From an uncultured Rubrivirga sp. (lineage in GTDB: Bacteria; Actinomycetota; Actinomycetes; S36-B12), in NCBI GenBank assembly GCA_964385255.1, contig CAYLOH010000003.1, forward strand, positions 16,424-80,423: a stretch of 64,000 bases of DNA, written 5' to 3'. Shown one piece after another: positions 1 to 10,922 of this stretch. Numbering within the stretch: position 1 is the first letter of the stretch; the number at the start of each line of letters is the position of its first letter. The translations under genes and the position numbers were made by a program. A model generated the notes under the pieces. The model saw only the letters and a list, made by a program, of their open reading frames with translations, searched no databases and was not told the DNA's origin.

Positions 1-678
1 CACGTCTGGTGTGTCCACACCGAGCCGATAACGAGCGATGATGCTCGAGGCATCCACGATTTCTCCATGCGCATCCGACGTGCGTCCGTGCGGGCGATGA
101 ATGGTCGGGTCGATCAGAACTTCCCGCTCTCCCCAGGTTCGCTCGGTCACCAACACCGTGTGCTTCGTAATGTCGTCGTGCGTTGCTTCGGTTGACGCGG
201 AACCCTCCGGAACCAACAAGACGTCGGCACGTCGAAGGTGCGGGTCCTCATCGCCGGCAATTCGGACATCGCGCACGTGTTCGGCGAGCAAGCCTTCGGC
301 CGGGACGCCAGGCGTCCACGTCGGCGCGGCGAATCCCGTCGCCGTGGGTTGGATCGAGCGTAAAACCGCGGACAGGACGACTGCAGCGTCCAGTGGTTCG
401 CGGACGTCAATATCGACCTCGACGCCGTCGGCCGTCGGTTGCACCGACAGGGCATCGAGTCCGGCGAGTTCGGGCGATCCGATCCAGCCGAGGTTCGGCC
501 TGCGCCAGCGTTCCAGCCGAACGGAGGCGCCGCTGATGGGTCCGGACCCCACCGATGCGGTGATCAAGCGGCGGTATGCGCCTACGTGCTCGGCTCGCAC
601 CTCCCAGCGCGGCGCGGTGCGGCCCGAGCGGGGGCCTCGCTCCCGAACCCGGGTGCCCGGGACAGGGTGGCTCGCCAT
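1..678 (-). CDS. hypothetical protein, first 226 codons (gene runs off the left edge)
   Basis: Absent from the ORF track because it has no in-window stop. Manual reverse-strand translation from ATG (676-678) gives an open frame, MASHPVPGTRVRERG...ERTWGEREVLIDPTIHRPHG...RYRLGVDTPDV, with G/C-rich third positions. An in-frame TAG at 703-705 makes this ATG the first possible start. The overlapping + ORF 101-691 is S/R/T-rich shadow. No family recognised. Confidence 0.45.
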   Translation of the reverse strand, partial: MASHPVPGTRVRERGPRSGRTAPRWEVRAEHVGAYRRLITASVGSGPISGASVRLERWRRPNLGWIGSPELAGLDALSVQPTADGVEVDIDVREPLDAAVVLSAVLRSIQPTATGFAAPTWTPGVPAEGLLAEHVRDVRIAGDEDPHLRRADVLLVPEGSASTEATHDDITKHTVLVTERTWGEREVLIDPTIHRPHGRTSDAHGEIVDASSIIARYRLGVDTPDV

Positions 679-720
679 GCGGCAAGCGTAGGGGCGCGCT
701 CGCTACGCTCGCCGCATGGC
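674..720. promoter_or_regulatory. 47-bp near-perfect inverted repeat containing both divergent start codons
   Basis: Left arm gccatgcggcaagcgtaggg (674-693); the reverse complement of the right arm (701-720) is gccatgcggcgagcgtagcg, so 18 of 20 arm positions match. The minus-strand ATG (678-676) and the ugd ATG (716-718) are mirror images within it. Confidence 0.5.
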
Positions 721-2056
721 AGAGCCCGCTACAGCACGCCCGCCCGTGCTGTCCGTCATCGGAACCGGTTACCTAGGAGCCACGCACGCAGCGTGCATGG
801 CCGAGCTCGGCTTCACCGTGATCGGGGTGGATATCGACCCGGCCAAAGTCGAACTCCTGAGCTCCGGGACGGTGCCTTTCTACGAGCCCGAACTCGACGA
901 ATTGCTGCAGCGCAATCTGAAGTCCGGGCGCCTGCGCTTCACCACATCCTTCGAGGATGCCGGCACGAATGCGGACGTCCACTTCATCTGCGTCGGCACA
1001 CCCCAACAGCCGGGCGCGTACGCGGCTGACATGTCGCAGGTCTTCGGCGCGGTGGATGCGCTCGCTCCCTATATCGGCTCCGGCGACGTGGTTGTGGGTA
1101 AGTCGACGGTTCCCGTGGGCACGGCTGATGAGATCGTCGATCGACTCAAGAAGACGGCAGCCGGTGGCGTCGAAGTCGCGTGGAATCCCGAGTTCCTGCG
1201 AGAGGGCTTCGCGGTTCAAGACACCCTCAAGCCCGATCGACTGGTGGTCGGCGTCACTTCCGAGCGAGCCGAGCAGGTGATGCGCGAGGTCTATGCACCT
1301 CTCATCGCCGATGGCGTCCCATTCCTCATCACCGACTACCCCACCGCCGAATTGGTCAAGGTAGCCGCGAACTCATTCCTCGCCACCAAGATCTCGTTCA
1401 TCAACGCGATGGCCGAGGTATGCGAGGCGGCGGGTGCCGACGTGACGATGCTCGCGAAGGCAATCGGCTACGACCCGCGAATCGGCAGTCGGTTCCTGGC
1501 CGCGGGCCTAGGTTTCGGCGGCGGCTGCCTGCCCAAGGACATCCGCGCTTTCATGGCTCGTGCCGGGGAGCTCGGGGCCGAAGAGGCCCTGACATTCCTG
1601 CGCGAGGTTGATCAAATCAATCTGCGTCGTCGCGCTCACACCGTCGACTTGGCGCGCAAGACCCTCGGAGGAGATTTCCGCGGCACCGTCGTCACCATGC
1701 TCGGTGCCACGTTCAAGCCCGACAGTGACGACGTTCGCGACTCACCCGCTCTCGATGTGGCCGTGGCGATATTCAACGCGGGTGCCACCGTTCGCGTCCA
1801 CGATCCCAAGGGTCTCGCCAATGCCAAGCGCGTGTATCCGCACATGGACTACCGCGAGGAACTACTCGACGCTGTCACCGACGCCGACCTACTCGTCCTA
1901 GGCACCGAATGGCGTGAGTATCGAGAACTCGATCCAGGACTGATCACCGCCAAGGTGCGTTCGACTGCGATCATCGACGCACGTAATGCTCTGGATCCCC
2001 ACGCCTGGCGCGCGGCCGGTTGGACCTACCGCGCATTGGGGCGCCCGACCGCGTGA
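716..2056 (+). CDS. ugd: UDP-glucose 6-dehydrogenase
   Basis: 446 aa. Rossmann motif VIGTGYLGATHAACMAELG and catalytic-Cys motif GFGGGCLPKDIRA. UDP-glucose/GDP-mannose dehydrogenase architecture. Confidence 0.9.
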   Translation: MAEPATARPPVLSVIGTGYLGATHAACMAELGFTVIGVDIDPAKVELLSSGTVPFYEPELDELLQRNLKSGRLRFTTSFEDAGTNADVHFICVGTPQQPGAYAADMSQVFGAVDALAPYIGSGDVVVGKSTVPVGTADEIVDRLKKTAAGGVEVAWNPEFLREGFAVQDTLKPDRLVVGVTSERAEQVMREVYAPLIADGVPFLITDYPTAELVKVAANSFLATKISFINAMAEVCEAAGADVTMLAKAIGYDPRIGSRFLAAGLGFGGGCLPKDIRAFMARAGELGAEEALTFLREVDQINLRRRAHTVDLARKTLGGDFRGTVVTMLGATFKPDSDDVRDSPALDVAVAIFNAGATVRVHDPKGLANAKRVYPHMDYREELLDAVTDADLLVLGTEWREYRELDPGLITAKVRSTAIIDARNALDPHAWRAAGWTYRALGRPTA

Positions 2057-2487
2057 GCGCTGCGCTTGCATCGAATGAGCAGATCAGGGATTTGCTCATT
2101 CATGCTCGACTGTGGTTCGTCGTGGGCCTGGGCGGCAACACGGATCGGGCTGCCTACCGAGTAGCGCGATTCCTTCAATCGATCGGCAAGCACATCGTGC
2201 CCATCCACCCTCGGGCACAGAGCGTGCACGGGGAAACGGGGTATACCTCGATCGCTGAAGCAGCGCAGGTCCATGGTGCTCCTGACGTGGTGGACGTATT
2301 CGTGCGATCGGATCGAGCGGGCGAGTTTGCCGATCAAGCAATCGATGTCGGCGCCAAGGCCGTGTGGTTCCAGCTAGATGTGATCGATGAGAGCGCCGCG
2401 CAGCGCGTCGTCGATGCCGGACTTGTGATGGTGATGAATCGCTGCCCCGCCATCGAGTACCCACGGCTGGTCGGTGGCCGCCCCTAG
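2053..2487 (+). CDS. CoA-binding domain protein (YccU-like)
   Basis: [32 protein letters not shown] matches the CoA-binding fold. Start placed at GTG 2053 (GTGA overlap with the ugd stop) rather than the longest-ORF start at 2020. Confidence 0.7.
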   Translation: MSAALASNEQIRDLLIHARLWFVVGLGGNTDRAAYRVARFLQSIGKHIVPIHPRAQSVHGETGYTSIAEAAQVHGAPDVVDVFVRSDRAGEFADQAIDVGAKAVWFQLDVIDESAAQRVVDAGLVMVMNRCPAIEYPRLVGGRP

Positions 2488-2993
2488 TCCTTGCGTCGGA
2501 TCGCGTCGCCCTTAGAGCGGGCGGCGTTGTTCAACTCGGTCTGGAACTGCTCCATCCGGTCCAGAAGCGAGGAATCGCCAATTCCGAGCATCCTTACCGC
2601 GAGCAGTCCCGCATTGCGAGCCCCACCGATAGCCACCGTGGCGACGGGAACACCTGCGGGCATCTGGGCGATCGACAGCAAGGCGTCCAAGCCGTCGAGT
2701 GACGTCGCGTTCACCGGTACGCCAATCACCGGCACAGCGGTCACCGAGGCGAGCATGCCCGGCAAGTGAGCTGCGCCACCTGCGCCGGCGATGATCACAC
2801 GCAGACCTGACGCGCGTGCCTCCTTGCCGTAGCCGAGCATCTCGACGGGCATGCGATGAGCGGACAGGACATCGACACGATGCGGCACATCGAACTCATC
2901 CAGAGCAAGGGAGGCGGCTTCCATCGTGGCCCAATCGGAATCCGAACCCATACAGATGCCAACGAGCGAGGAGGACGAGCTGGAATCACTCAT
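2484..2993 (-). CDS. purE: N5-carboxyaminoimidazole ribonucleotide mutase
   Basis: GSDSDW and [10 protein letters not shown] motifs. Start at ATG 2993 (MSDSSS...), overlapping the purK stop by 8 nt. Confidence 0.92.
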   Translation of the reverse strand: MSDSSSSSSLVGICMGSDSDWATMEAASLALDEFDVPHRVDVLSAHRMPVEMLGYGKEARASGLRVIIAGAGGAAHLPGMLASVTAVPVIGVPVNATSLDGLDALLSIAQMPAGVPVATVAIGGARNAGLLAVRMLGIGDSSLLDRMEQFQTELNNAARSKGDAIRRKD

Positions 2994-4152
2994 TGACGAC
3001 TCCGGCAAAGTAGTCGGCGGCGTGCTGAGCGCGCCGCTGAAGGCGATCGACCTCATCGCCGACGACAGTCACGTGACCGACCTTACGACCCGGCCTGACT
3101 TCCTTGCCATATAGATGCACCTTGAGCCCTGGATCGCGAGCGAAGACGTGTCGGTACGCCGAATACAGGTCTCCCACATCTCCGCCCAGGATGTTGACCA
3201 TGACCGCTACCGGGGAGCGCATCTGTGGGGCGCCCAACGGCAGATCCAACACCGCGCGCAGGTGATTCTCGAATTGGCTCGTCATCGCACCTTCGATGGT
3301 CCAATGGCCGGAGTTGTGCGGTCGCATGGCCAACTCGTTGACGAGTATGGAGTCGCCCGTGTCGAACATCTCCACAGCCAACATCCCCGTAACGTTCAGT
3401 GCCCCAGCGATGTCGAGTGCCACTCGTTGAGCCTGAACGGCCCGTTCGTCGGACAGTCCCGGCGCCGGCGCCACGACCTCACTGCAAATGCCGTTCACCT
3501 GAAGTGTCCGGACCACGGGGTACGCCACCGTTTGACCGCTCGGCGATCGAGCCACCTGCGCCGATAACTCCTGAATGAAGGGCACTGCTTCTTCAGCGAG
3601 CCATCCGGCGCCCGGGGGTAACGGTCCGGCCATCACCGACGCTAGCTCCGAAACATCCTCGATTCGCCACACGCCTTTGCCGTCGTAACCACCCCGCGTG
3701 GTCTTCACGATGATGGGGAAGCCAACCTCTCGGACGAACTCCTGCGCTTCGGTGATGGAGGCGACGACCCGCCAACGGGGAACGGGGGCTCCGGCACCCT
3801 CAAGCGTTCTGCGCATCACGGCCTTGTCCTGTGCGTTGATGAGTGCGTGCGGTCCCGGACGTACCGCCACGCCCCGAGCTTCGAGTTTCTCCAGGATCGG
3901 CGGGGGAACGTGTTCGTGATCGAAGGTGATGACGTCACAGCCCTCGGCGAAGGCCAAAACGGCCCTCTCATCGTCGGGGTGTCCGACGTGCACGTCGGAG
4001 ACGACCTGGGCAGCGGACTCTGCACGCGAGGTCGCCAGCACCCGGAAGTCGATACCCAAAGCTGCCGCAGGTGCCGCACTCATCCGTGCCAGCTGACCCC
4101 CGCCGACCATGCCCACCCGTGGGCGATCGTTCGCAGCGGTGGAACCGGTCAC
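2986..4152 (-). CDS. purK: N5-carboxyaminoimidazole ribonucleotide synthase
   Basis: ATP-grasp protein with [10 protein letters not shown] and [12 protein letters not shown]. Directly upstream of purE. Confidence 0.92.
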   Translation of the reverse strand: MTGSTAANDRPRVGMVGGGQLARMSAAPAAALGIDFRVLATSRAESAAQVVSDVHVGHPDDERAVLAFAEGCDVITFDHEHVPPPILEKLEARGVAVRPGPHALINAQDKAVMRRTLEGAGAPVPRWRVVASITEAQEFVREVGFPIIVKTTRGGYDGKGVWRIEDVSELASVMAGPLPPGAGWLAEEAVPFIQELSAQVARSPSGQTVAYPVVRTLQVNGICSEVVAPAPGLSDERAVQAQRVALDIAGALNVTGMLAVEMFDTGDSILVNELAMRPHNSGHWTIEGAMTSQFENHLRAVLDLPLGAPQMRSPVAVMVNILGGDVGDLYSAYRHVFARDPGLKVHLYGKEVRPGRKVGHVTVVGDEVDRLQRRAQHAADYFAGVVNE

Positions 4153-4190
4153 TGACCCAATTTAGTCGGGTGAACTCGATAACTCACAGC

Positions 4191-4751
4191 ATGCGTGCTG
4201 GCTACACTCCAGTGATGCCCGGGCCGCGACTCATCGTGCGTGGCTACAAGTACCTTCAGTCAACCTTGGGCGATCTGTACCGGGAGATCGCGAAGTTCGG
4301 CATCGTCGGCTTGAGCGCCCTCGTCGTGGACATCGGTCTGTTCAACATCCTGCGTTTCGCCGGCGGGCAGGGCCCACTCTTCGACAAGCCACTCACCGCG
4401 AAGGTCATCAGCGTCGCGGTAGCTACCACCGTGGCGTATGCGGGCAACCGTTACTGGACTTTCCGACACCGCGGCCGCACGAACATGGGCAGGGAGTACC
4501 TCATGTTCTTCGCGCTCAATGCTGTCGCGATGCTCATCGCCGTCGGCTGCCTGTGGTTCAGCCACTACGTACTGGGTTTCACCTCACCCCTGGCGGACAA
4601 CATCAGCGCGAATGTCATAGGGCTGGGTTTGGGGACCTTGTTCCGGTTCTGGTCCTATCGCAAGTGGGTATTCCCCGCGATTCCCGTAAGCGAACTAGAC
4701 GATCCGGCCAACGCGGAACTACTCGAACGCGACGCCGCCACTCCGATCTGA
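4191..4751 (+). CDS. GtrA family membrane protein
   Basis: FGIVGLSALVVDIGLFNIL, RYWTFR and WSYRKWVF. About 4 hydrophobic helices. Start is ATG 4191 or 4215; the longest ORF from 4071 overlaps purK. Confidence 0.8.
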   Translation: MRAGYTPVMPGPRLIVRGYKYLQSTLGDLYREIAKFGIVGLSALVVDIGLFNILRFAGGQGPLFDKPLTAKVISVAVATTVAYAGNRYWTFRHRGRTNMGREYLMFFALNAVAMLIAVGCLWFSHYVLGFTSPLADNISANVIGLGLGTLFRFWSYRKWVFPAIPVSELDDPANAELLERDAATPI

Positions 4752-4781
4752 CGCTTAGCCATCCGGCAGGTCTGGGCAGCC

Positions 4782-5333
4782 TCAGCCCATCGGGGGAACT
4801 CGGTCCGGTTCGTCTTCACCGGAACGGCGCCGGGCGTCGTCCAGTTCATGCAGTTCATAGACCAGACGCTGCATTTGCTCGACGTTCGGCACATCCTCGA
4901 TGTACATGTCGCTGCTCTCGTTGGCGGATTCGATTTGCAGCGTGCCGTAGTTGAGGACACGTCCGAACACGCCCACCTGGAAAGACACGTTGTTCACTTT
5001 GTCGAGCGGGATGTCCCGGCCTTGCTTGGTCAGCAGACCCCGGCGAATGATGATGCGGCGCGAGGTGAACACGTACTGGGTAGTGACCCAACGGGCGAAA
5101 GGCAATAGCACCCGCCAAATCAAGATACCGAGCAGAACCAGAATGATCGGTAGTTGGAGCCATGAGAGCGAGAAGGAGCCGATGCTCCAACTCGCTACCG
5201 AGAAGTAGAGCCACGATCCGACGAAGACTTCGAGGACCAACACGATGGCCGGCCAGATGAGCCCGCGCCAGTGAGGTTTGAATTCGATGGCGATCAGTTC
5301 GCCAGGTGCCAGAAGCTTGGTGGGGTAGCTCAC
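4782..5333 (-). CDS. membrane protein with bacterial PH (bPH_2/YdbT-like) domain
   Basis: Two N-terminal hydrophobic helices followed by FTSRRIIIRRGLLTKQGRDIPLDKV. Its start overlaps the birA stop by 4 nt. Confidence 0.7.
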   Translation of the reverse strand: MSYPTKLLAPGELIAIEFKPHWRGLIWPAIVLVLEVFVGSWLYFSVASWSIGSFSLSWLQLPIILVLLGILIWRVLLPFARWVTTQYVFTSRRIIIRRGLLTKQGRDIPLDKVNNVSFQVGVFGRVLNYGTLQIESANESSDMYIEDVPNVEQMQRLVYELHELDDARRRSGEDEPDRVPPMG

Positions 5334-6109
5334 GGTGCAATGGTGGCATGCAGGACGTCTCCCGCGACGATGATTCGCGACGTTGACCCTGTGTCGACCA
5401 GGAGGTGGCCCTCTGACGTCACGTCGATGGCCATCGCATCGAATTCCTCACCGCTGGGCAGGGCCACATGTATCTGCCGCCCGATCGTCTTGCACATCGA
5501 GCGATAGTCCGATAGCACCACGCTCCATGGTTGACGGATCCGAGCGTGCAAGGCAATGAGCAGACCTGCCAAGACGACGCTGCGATCAGGACTGCTGCCA
5601 ACCGCTCCCACCCACGAACCGGCATGGGCGAATTGGGCAGGAGGACGTTCGATGTTCACCCCGATTCCAACGATCGACGCTCCCGCGACCATCTCGACGA
5701 GAATGCCCGCGAGCTTGCGGTCCGCGGAATCGAGCACGTCGTTGGGCCACTTGATTGCCAAGGGCACGCCACCCAGGTTCCGGCCGACGTCGACCACGGC
5801 CAGGGCCGCCAGGAGTGGCAGGTGCGCAGGATGATCGCACTCGCGGATGATCGTGCTCGACCACAAGCCCGCCCCTTGGTCACTGATCCATCGACGATCG
5901 TGGCGACCTCGGCCCGCCGTCTGTTCACCGGCAACAACGCACGTTCCGTCGGCCGCGCCATCTGCGGCGAGCGCCGCAGCGTCCGCGTTGGTCGAGCCCG
6001 TTGACTCGCGGTACCGAGGCACCGGCCAGGGGCACCCCGCATCGGCCATCAGGGCTCGGACGCGATCTGGATCGGGGACCAGATCGGGGACCGGGCTCGA
6101 AGCACTCAC
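5330..6109 (-). CDS. birA: biotin--[acetyl-CoA-carboxylase] ligase (group I, no HTH)
   Basis: GRGRHDRRW biotin loop and KWPNDV. Start set at GTG 6109; the longest ORF start at 6181 would overlap divergent accD5. Confidence 0.88.
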   Translation of the reverse strand: MSASSPVPDLVPDPDRVRALMADAGCPWPVPRYRESTGSTNADAAALAADGAADGTCVVAGEQTAGRGRHDRRWISDQGAGLWSSTIIRECDHPAHLPLLAALAVVDVGRNLGGVPLAIKWPNDVLDSADRKLAGILVEMVAGASIVGIGVNIERPPAQFAHAGSWVGAVGSSPDRSVVLAGLLIALHARIRQPWSVVLSDYRSMCKTIGRQIHVALPSGEEFDAMAIDVTSEGHLLVDTGSTSRIIVAGDVLHATIAP

Positions 6110-6150
6110 GCGGCTAAGGTACGCACGACCGCCAGTCCCCGTACCACGGC

Positions 6151-7767
6151 GTGAAGGAAGGCACCATGAGCGCAGAGCCACTCGAAGGCGGCGAACCCAC
6201 AGGTGTGGATCGGCGGACGACCGCCGGCAAGGCCGAGATCTTGAAGGCGCGTCGCGCAGACGCAGCAGATCGCCGGAAAGAGGCGATCGACAAGCAGCAC
6301 GCCAAGGGCAAAATGACGGCCCTCGAGCGCATCGAAGCCTTCCTCGACGAGGGTTCCTTCCAGCAGATCGACGGCCTGGCGCGTCACCGCTCGCACAACT
6401 TTGGCTTGGAGAAGAACCGCCCCTTCGGCGACGGGGTCATCACCGGCTACGGCACAGTCGATGGACGACCGGTCTGTGTGTTCGCCCAGGACTTCACCGT
6501 CTTCGGTGGCTCGCTCGGCGAGGTCTTCGGCGAGAAGATCGTCAAGGTCATGGATCTGGCCATGAAGACCGGCTGCCCGGTGATCGGCTTGAACGACTCC
6601 GGTGGCGCTCGTATCCAAGAGGGCGTGGTGTCTTTGGGTCTATACGGTGAGATTTTCCGCCGCAACGTCCAAGCGTCGGGGGTCATACCTCAGATTTCGG
6701 TCATCATGGGTCCGTGCGCGGGCGGCGCGGTCTATTCCCCTGCGATTACCGATTTCACCGTCATGATCGACAAGACCTCCCACATGTTCATCACCGGACC
6801 GGATGTGATCAAGACGGTCACCGGCGAGGACGTCACGTTCGAGGACCTCGGAGGCGCGCGCACCCACAACAGTACGTCCGGTGTAGCGCACTACATGGCT
6901 ACCGACGAGAACGATGGCCTTGACTACGTGCGCGCGTTGCTGTCGTACCTACCTAGCAACAACCTGTCTGATCCCCCGGTATTTCCCACCGAGGTCCACA
7001 TGGAGTTCACCGATGAGGACTACTCGCTCGATGCGGTGATCCCGGATTCGCCCAACCAGCCCTATGACATGCATCGGGTGATCGAGGCGATTCTCGATGA
7101 GGACGAGTTCCTCGAGACCCAGCCGTTGTTCGCCCCGAACATGATCACCGGTTTCGGGCGCATCGAAGGTCACGCCGTGGGCATCGTGGCGAACCAGCCC
7201 ATGCAGTTCGCGGGGACACTGGACATCGACGCTTCCGAGAAGGCTGCGCGCTTCGTTCGGACCTGCGACGCATTCAACGTCCCCGTCATCACGTTCGTGG
7301 ACGTCCCCGGCTTCCTCCCCGGTACCGAACAGGAGTGGAACGGGATCATTCGTCGTGGCGCGAAACTCATCTACGCATACGCGGAGGCGACCGTTCCGCT
7401 TCTCACGGTCATCACCCGGAAGGCCTATGGCGGCGCCTATGACGTTATGGGATCCAAGCACCTTGGCGCAGACATCAATCTGGCCTGGCCCACTGCAGAG
7501 ATAGCCGTGATGGGCGCCCAGGGTGCGGTGAACATCCTCTACCGCAAGGAACTCGCCGAAGCCGCCGATCCGGAAAAGCGGCGGGCAGAGCTGATCGAGC
7601 AGTACACCGACACCCTCGCCAACCCATACGTCGCCGCCGAGCGCGGATACGTTGATCGCGTGATCCTCCCCCACGAGACCAGGCTCCAACTGGTGCGCGC
7701 TCTGCGGACTTTGCGCGGCAAGCGTGCGAGTGGCCCCCCGAAGAAGCACGGGAACATCCCGCTGTGA
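6151..7767 (+). CDS. accD5: acyl-CoA (propionyl-CoA) carboxylase carboxyltransferase beta subunit
   Basis: 538 aa. [10 protein letters not shown] and [13 protein letters not shown], with two crotonase-like halves. Alternative start at ATG 6166. Confidence 0.92.
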   Translation: MKEGTMSAEPLEGGEPTGVDRRTTAGKAEILKARRADAADRRKEAIDKQHAKGKMTALERIEAFLDEGSFQQIDGLARHRSHNFGLEKNRPFGDGVITGYGTVDGRPVCVFAQDFTVFGGSLGEVFGEKIVKVMDLAMKTGCPVIGLNDSGGARIQEGVVSLGLYGEIFRRNVQASGVIPQISVIMGPCAGGAVYSPAITDFTVMIDKTSHMFITGPDVIKTVTGEDVTFEDLGGARTHNSTSGVAHYMATDENDGLDYVRALLSYLPSNNLSDPPVFPTEVHMEFTDEDYSLDAVIPDSPNQPYDMHRVIEAILDEDEFLETQPLFAPNMITGFGRIEGHAVGIVANQPMQFAGTLDIDASEKAARFVRTCDAFNVPVITFVDVPGFLPGTEQEWNGIIRRGAKLIYAYAEATVPLLTVITRKAYGGAYDVMGSKHLGADINLAWPTAEIAVMGAQGAVNILYRKELAEAADPEKRRAELIEQYTDTLANPYVAAERGYVDRVILPHETRLQLVRALRTLRGKRASGPPKKHGNIPL

Positions 7768-7991
7768 GCGAGGGCGGCACCACCCCGGCGCGGCCCGCCA
7801 TCTCGGTCATTGCGGGCAGTCCCACGGACACGGAACTGGCAGTGGTCATCTCCTTGCTTGCGCACCTTCCGAACACCGAGATCGTGCAGCCCAATCCACC
7901 GAGTCATTGGTCCGATCGCGCCGCGATGATGCGCCCGACGCTCTCCCCCGGCCCCGGCGCTTGGCGCGCATCGGCGTTTCCGCAGCAGTAG
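7764..7991 (+). CDS. accE5: acyl-CoA carboxylase epsilon subunit
   Basis: 75 aa. GTGA overlap with the accD5 stop. The [19 protein letters not shown] segment and the conserved position after the beta subunit support the call. Confidence 0.7.
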   Translation: MSEGGTTPARPAISVIAGSPTDTELAVVISLLAHLPNTEIVQPNPPSHWSDRAAMMRPTLSPGPGAWRASAFPQQ

Positions 7992-8010
7992 ACCAACGAT
8001 CGGTCCCACG

Positions 8011-8643
8011 ATGTCCCGCCTCGTTCTCGCTTCCCGATCACCAGCGCGACTGAGCACGCTGCGCGCGGCGGGCATTGAACCGGAGGTCATCGTCAGCGAT
8101 GTGGATGAGGAGGCGATCGAGGCATCGCTGCCCCACGCGACACCCGCACAGTTGGCGCAGACACTCGCGCAAGCCAAAGCCGAGGCGGTCGCGGCCACCG
8201 TCGAGGGTCAAGCGATCGTGATCGGCTGCGATTCGGTTTTCGAACTCGACGGCGTGGCCTACGGCAAACCGCAGACTGCGACGATCGCGAAGGATCGGTG
8301 GCGGCGAATGATGGGTCGCGCAGGGACATTGCACACCGGACATCACGTCATCGACACCGCGACGGGTAGGACGTCATCGGCGACCGCGAGCACCATCGTG
8401 CATATGGGTTCGATCTCCGAGCAGGAAATGGACGACTATCTCGCCACCGGTGAGCCACTGCAGGTGGCCGGCGGCTTCACCTTGGACGCCCTCGGTGGAG
8501 CCTTCGTCGACGGGGTCGAGGGGGATCCGTCGAACGTCGTCGGCATCTCGCTGCCCACCCTGCGCGCACTCCTCGGTGAGCTCGGAGTGAGATGGACCAC
8601 GCTGTGGAACTTGGCTCCGTCCGAGCACTCGGCTTCCCGCTAG
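8011..8643 (+). CDS. maf: Maf-like nucleoside triphosphate pyrophosphatase
   Basis: N-terminal LASRSPAR motif and a Maf-length protein (210 aa). Confidence 0.88.
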   Translation: MSRLVLASRSPARLSTLRAAGIEPEVIVSDVDEEAIEASLPHATPAQLAQTLAQAKAEAVAATVEGQAIVIGCDSVFELDGVAYGKPQTATIAKDRWRRMMGRAGTLHTGHHVIDTATGRTSSATASTIVHMGSISEQEMDDYLATGEPLQVAGGFTLDALGGAFVDGVEGDPSNVVGISLPTLRALLGELGVRWTTLWNLAPSEHSASR

Positions 8644-8654
8644 AGTCCGCATTC

Positions 8655-10409
8655 ATGCGCAAGGTGCTGATCGCCAACCGTGGCGAGATCGCGGTCCGGG
8701 TGATCCGCGCCTGCAGGGATGAAGGCCTGATCTCGGTTGCCGTGTACGCCGATCCCGATCGCGACGCTCTCCACGTGCAGATGGCCGATGAGGCCTACGC
8801 CCTCGGTGGGCAGACCGCGGCCGAGAGTTACTTGGACATCGCCAAGATCATCGCCGCGGCGAAGCAGGCCGAGGCCGACTCCGTCCACCCGGGGTACGGC
8901 TTCCTATCCGAGAACGCGGACTTCGCCCAAGCCGTCATCGATGCCGGATTGATCTGGATCGGTCCTCCGCCACAGGCCATCAAGGATCTCGGTGACAAGG
9001 TCTCCGCGCGCCACATCGCCCAACGCGCAGGCGCACCCCAGGTACCCGGCACCCCCGATCCGGTCCAGGGCGCCGATGACGTCGTCGCCTTCGCCACAGA
9101 ACACGGTCTTCCCGTTGCAATCAAGGCGGCCTTCGGTGGTGGCGGGCGCGGATTGAAGGTGGCCCGCACCCTCGAGGAGATTCCCGAGTTGTACGACTCC
9201 GCCGTACGCGAGGCCGTCGCCGCTTTCGGTCGTGGGGAGTGCTTCGTGGAGCGTTACCTCGACAAGCCGCGCCACGTGGAGACCCAGGTGCTCGCCGATC
9301 AGCACGGCAACGTGGTGGTCGTCTCGACCCGAGACTGCTCGCTGCAGCGCCGGCATCAGAAACTCGTCGAGGAAGCTCCGGCACCGTTCTTGACGGACCA
9401 GCAGCGCGAGGATCTTTACTCAGCAAGCAAGGCGATCGTCAAAGAGGCCGGGTACTACGGCGCCGGAACGTGCGAGTTCCTCATCGGTGTAGACGGGACC
9501 ATCTCCTTCCTCGAGGTCAACACGCGCCTGCAGGTCGAACATCCTGTTAGCGAGGAAGTAACGGGAATCGATTTGGTCCGCGAGCAGTTCCGCATCGCAC
9601 GCGGCGAGAGCATCAACCCGATCGACCCCGAGGTAACGGGTCACTCCATCGAGTTCCGCATCAACGGAGAGGACCCCGGTCGCGGTTTCCTGCCGGCTCC
9701 CGGCTCTCTGACCCGTTGGGAACTACCGAGCGGTCCGGGTGTGCGTGTGGACGCAGGCTTTCGTTCCGGTGACGTGATCGGCGGCAACTTCGATTCGCTG
9801 CTCGCGAAGCTCATCGTGACCGGAAGGGACCGCACCCAGGCACTCGAGCGTGCCCGTCGCGCCCTCGCCGAGTTCCAGGTCGAGGGAATCGCCACGGCAC
9901 TCACCTTCCATCGCGTCGTAGTGAACGAGGACGATTTCGCACCCGCCGACGGCGGCGCCTTCCGCGTCCACACCCGATGGATAGAAACCGAGTTCGACAA
10001 CCAGATTCCCGCATACACCGCTCCCGTCACCGCGGACGAAACGAACCGCGAGCGCCAATCGGTCGTCATCGAGGTCCAAGGCAAACGCATCGAGGTAACC
10101 CTCCCCGCCGGTCTCGGCGCCACCGCTCCCGCAGCGACCTCGAAGAAGGCGGCTTCTCGCAAACGTGGTGGGGGACATGCACAGACGGTGTCCGGAGATA
10201 CCGTCGCAGCACCGATGCAGGGCACCATCGTCAAGGTGGAGGTCACCGAAGGTCAGAACGTGAGCGAGGGTGATCTCATCGTGGTTCTCGAAGCGATGAA
10301 GATGGAGCAGCCCCTCACCGCGCACAAGGCCGGCACGGTGACCGGACTCTCGGCCGAGATCGGTGCCACGGTCACTGCCGGTGCCGCGATCTGCGAACTC
10401 AAGGACTGA
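8655..10409 (+). CDS. accA3: acetyl/propionyl-CoA carboxylase alpha subunit (biotin carboxylase + BCCP)
   Basis: [18 protein letters not shown], an ATP-grasp core, and a C-terminal biotinyl domain with EAMKME. Start at ATG 8655. Confidence 0.92.
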   Translation: MRKVLIANRGEIAVRVIRACRDEGLISVAVYADPDRDALHVQMADEAYALGGQTAAESYLDIAKIIAAAKQAEADSVHPGYGFLSENADFAQAVIDAGLIWIGPPPQAIKDLGDKVSARHIAQRAGAPQVPGTPDPVQGADDVVAFATEHGLPVAIKAAFGGGGRGLKVARTLEEIPELYDSAVREAVAAFGRGECFVERYLDKPRHVETQVLADQHGNVVVVSTRDCSLQRRHQKLVEEAPAPFLTDQQREDLYSASKAIVKEAGYYGAGTCEFLIGVDGTISFLEVNTRLQVEHPVSEEVTGIDLVREQFRIARGESINPIDPEVTGHSIEFRINGEDPGRGFLPAPGSLTRWELPSGPGVRVDAGFRSGDVIGGNFDSLLAKLIVTGRDRTQALERARRALAEFQVEGIATALTFHRVVVNEDDFAPADGGAFRVHTRWIETEFDNQIPAYTAPVTADETNRERQSVVIEVQGKRIEVTLPAGLGATAPAATSKKAASRKRGGGHAQTVSGDTVAAPMQGTIVKVEVTEGQNVSEGDLIVVLEAMKMEQPLTAHKAGTVTGLSAEIGATVTAGAAICELKD

Positions 10410-10430
10410 TCAAGCGAGGCCGTACCCCCG

Positions 10431-10871
10431 CTAGGACGTCAGCAGCGATCGCAACCAATTCACGTAATCGTCAGGCGCTCCCGCCGCGAAGGCGGCGTCG
10501 GCGATGTCGAAGACCTGCTCCGCGCGCGGCAGCCCGCCCTCGTACGCGTCCAGCGCGTACAGCCACGCGAGCACCTGGCCGTCCATGGTGTCGACCCGCA
10601 CCCGGACCTTCCGCCAGTACCCGATCTCCACGTCCTCCCACATGTCCAGGCGCTTCTCATCGAGTTCGGTGACGTCGTAGACCGCGACGAAGACTTCGGC
10701 ACCGACATCTTCGACGACGGTGGGCAGCGCACCGCCGAAGCCCAGTTCCTCCCCGGCGAACGTCAGACGCCAACCACGCAACCAGCCCGTGCCGTGCATG
10801 GGAGAGGCAGGCGCACGCTCGGCCATACGGTGAGGGTCGAGGTTCACCCCGTACGCGGCGTAGAAGGCCAT
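10431..10871 (-). CDS. gamma-glutamylcyclotransferase (AIG2/GGACT-like) family protein
   Basis: MAFYAAYGVNLDPHRM...GWLRGWRLTF...VAVYDVTELDEKRLDMWE. Only the last 146 codons of ORF 10431-11471 are used; the upstream part is antisense to the lpdA-like gene. Confidence 0.7.
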   Translation of the reverse strand: MAFYAAYGVNLDPHRMAERAPASPMHGTGWLRGWRLTFAGEELGFGGALPTVVEDVGAEVFVAVYDVTELDEKRLDMWEDVEIGYWRKVRVRVDTMDGQVLAWLYALDAYEGGLPRAEQVFDIADAAFAAGAPDDYVNWLRSLLTS

Positions 10872-10922
10872 GGCTTCCAGGGTAGGGACCGAGAGCCCCG
10901 CTGAGAAGGCCCGCGACACAAT

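Noticed and set aside
101-691. 196-aa + strand ORF at the left edge, plus other ORFs at 147-455, 183-536, 407-685 and 439-1029
   Set aside because: The S/R/T/P-rich translations are typical of shadow frames in high-GC DNA. The minus-strand frame that runs off the window edge has the coding-like third-position bias.
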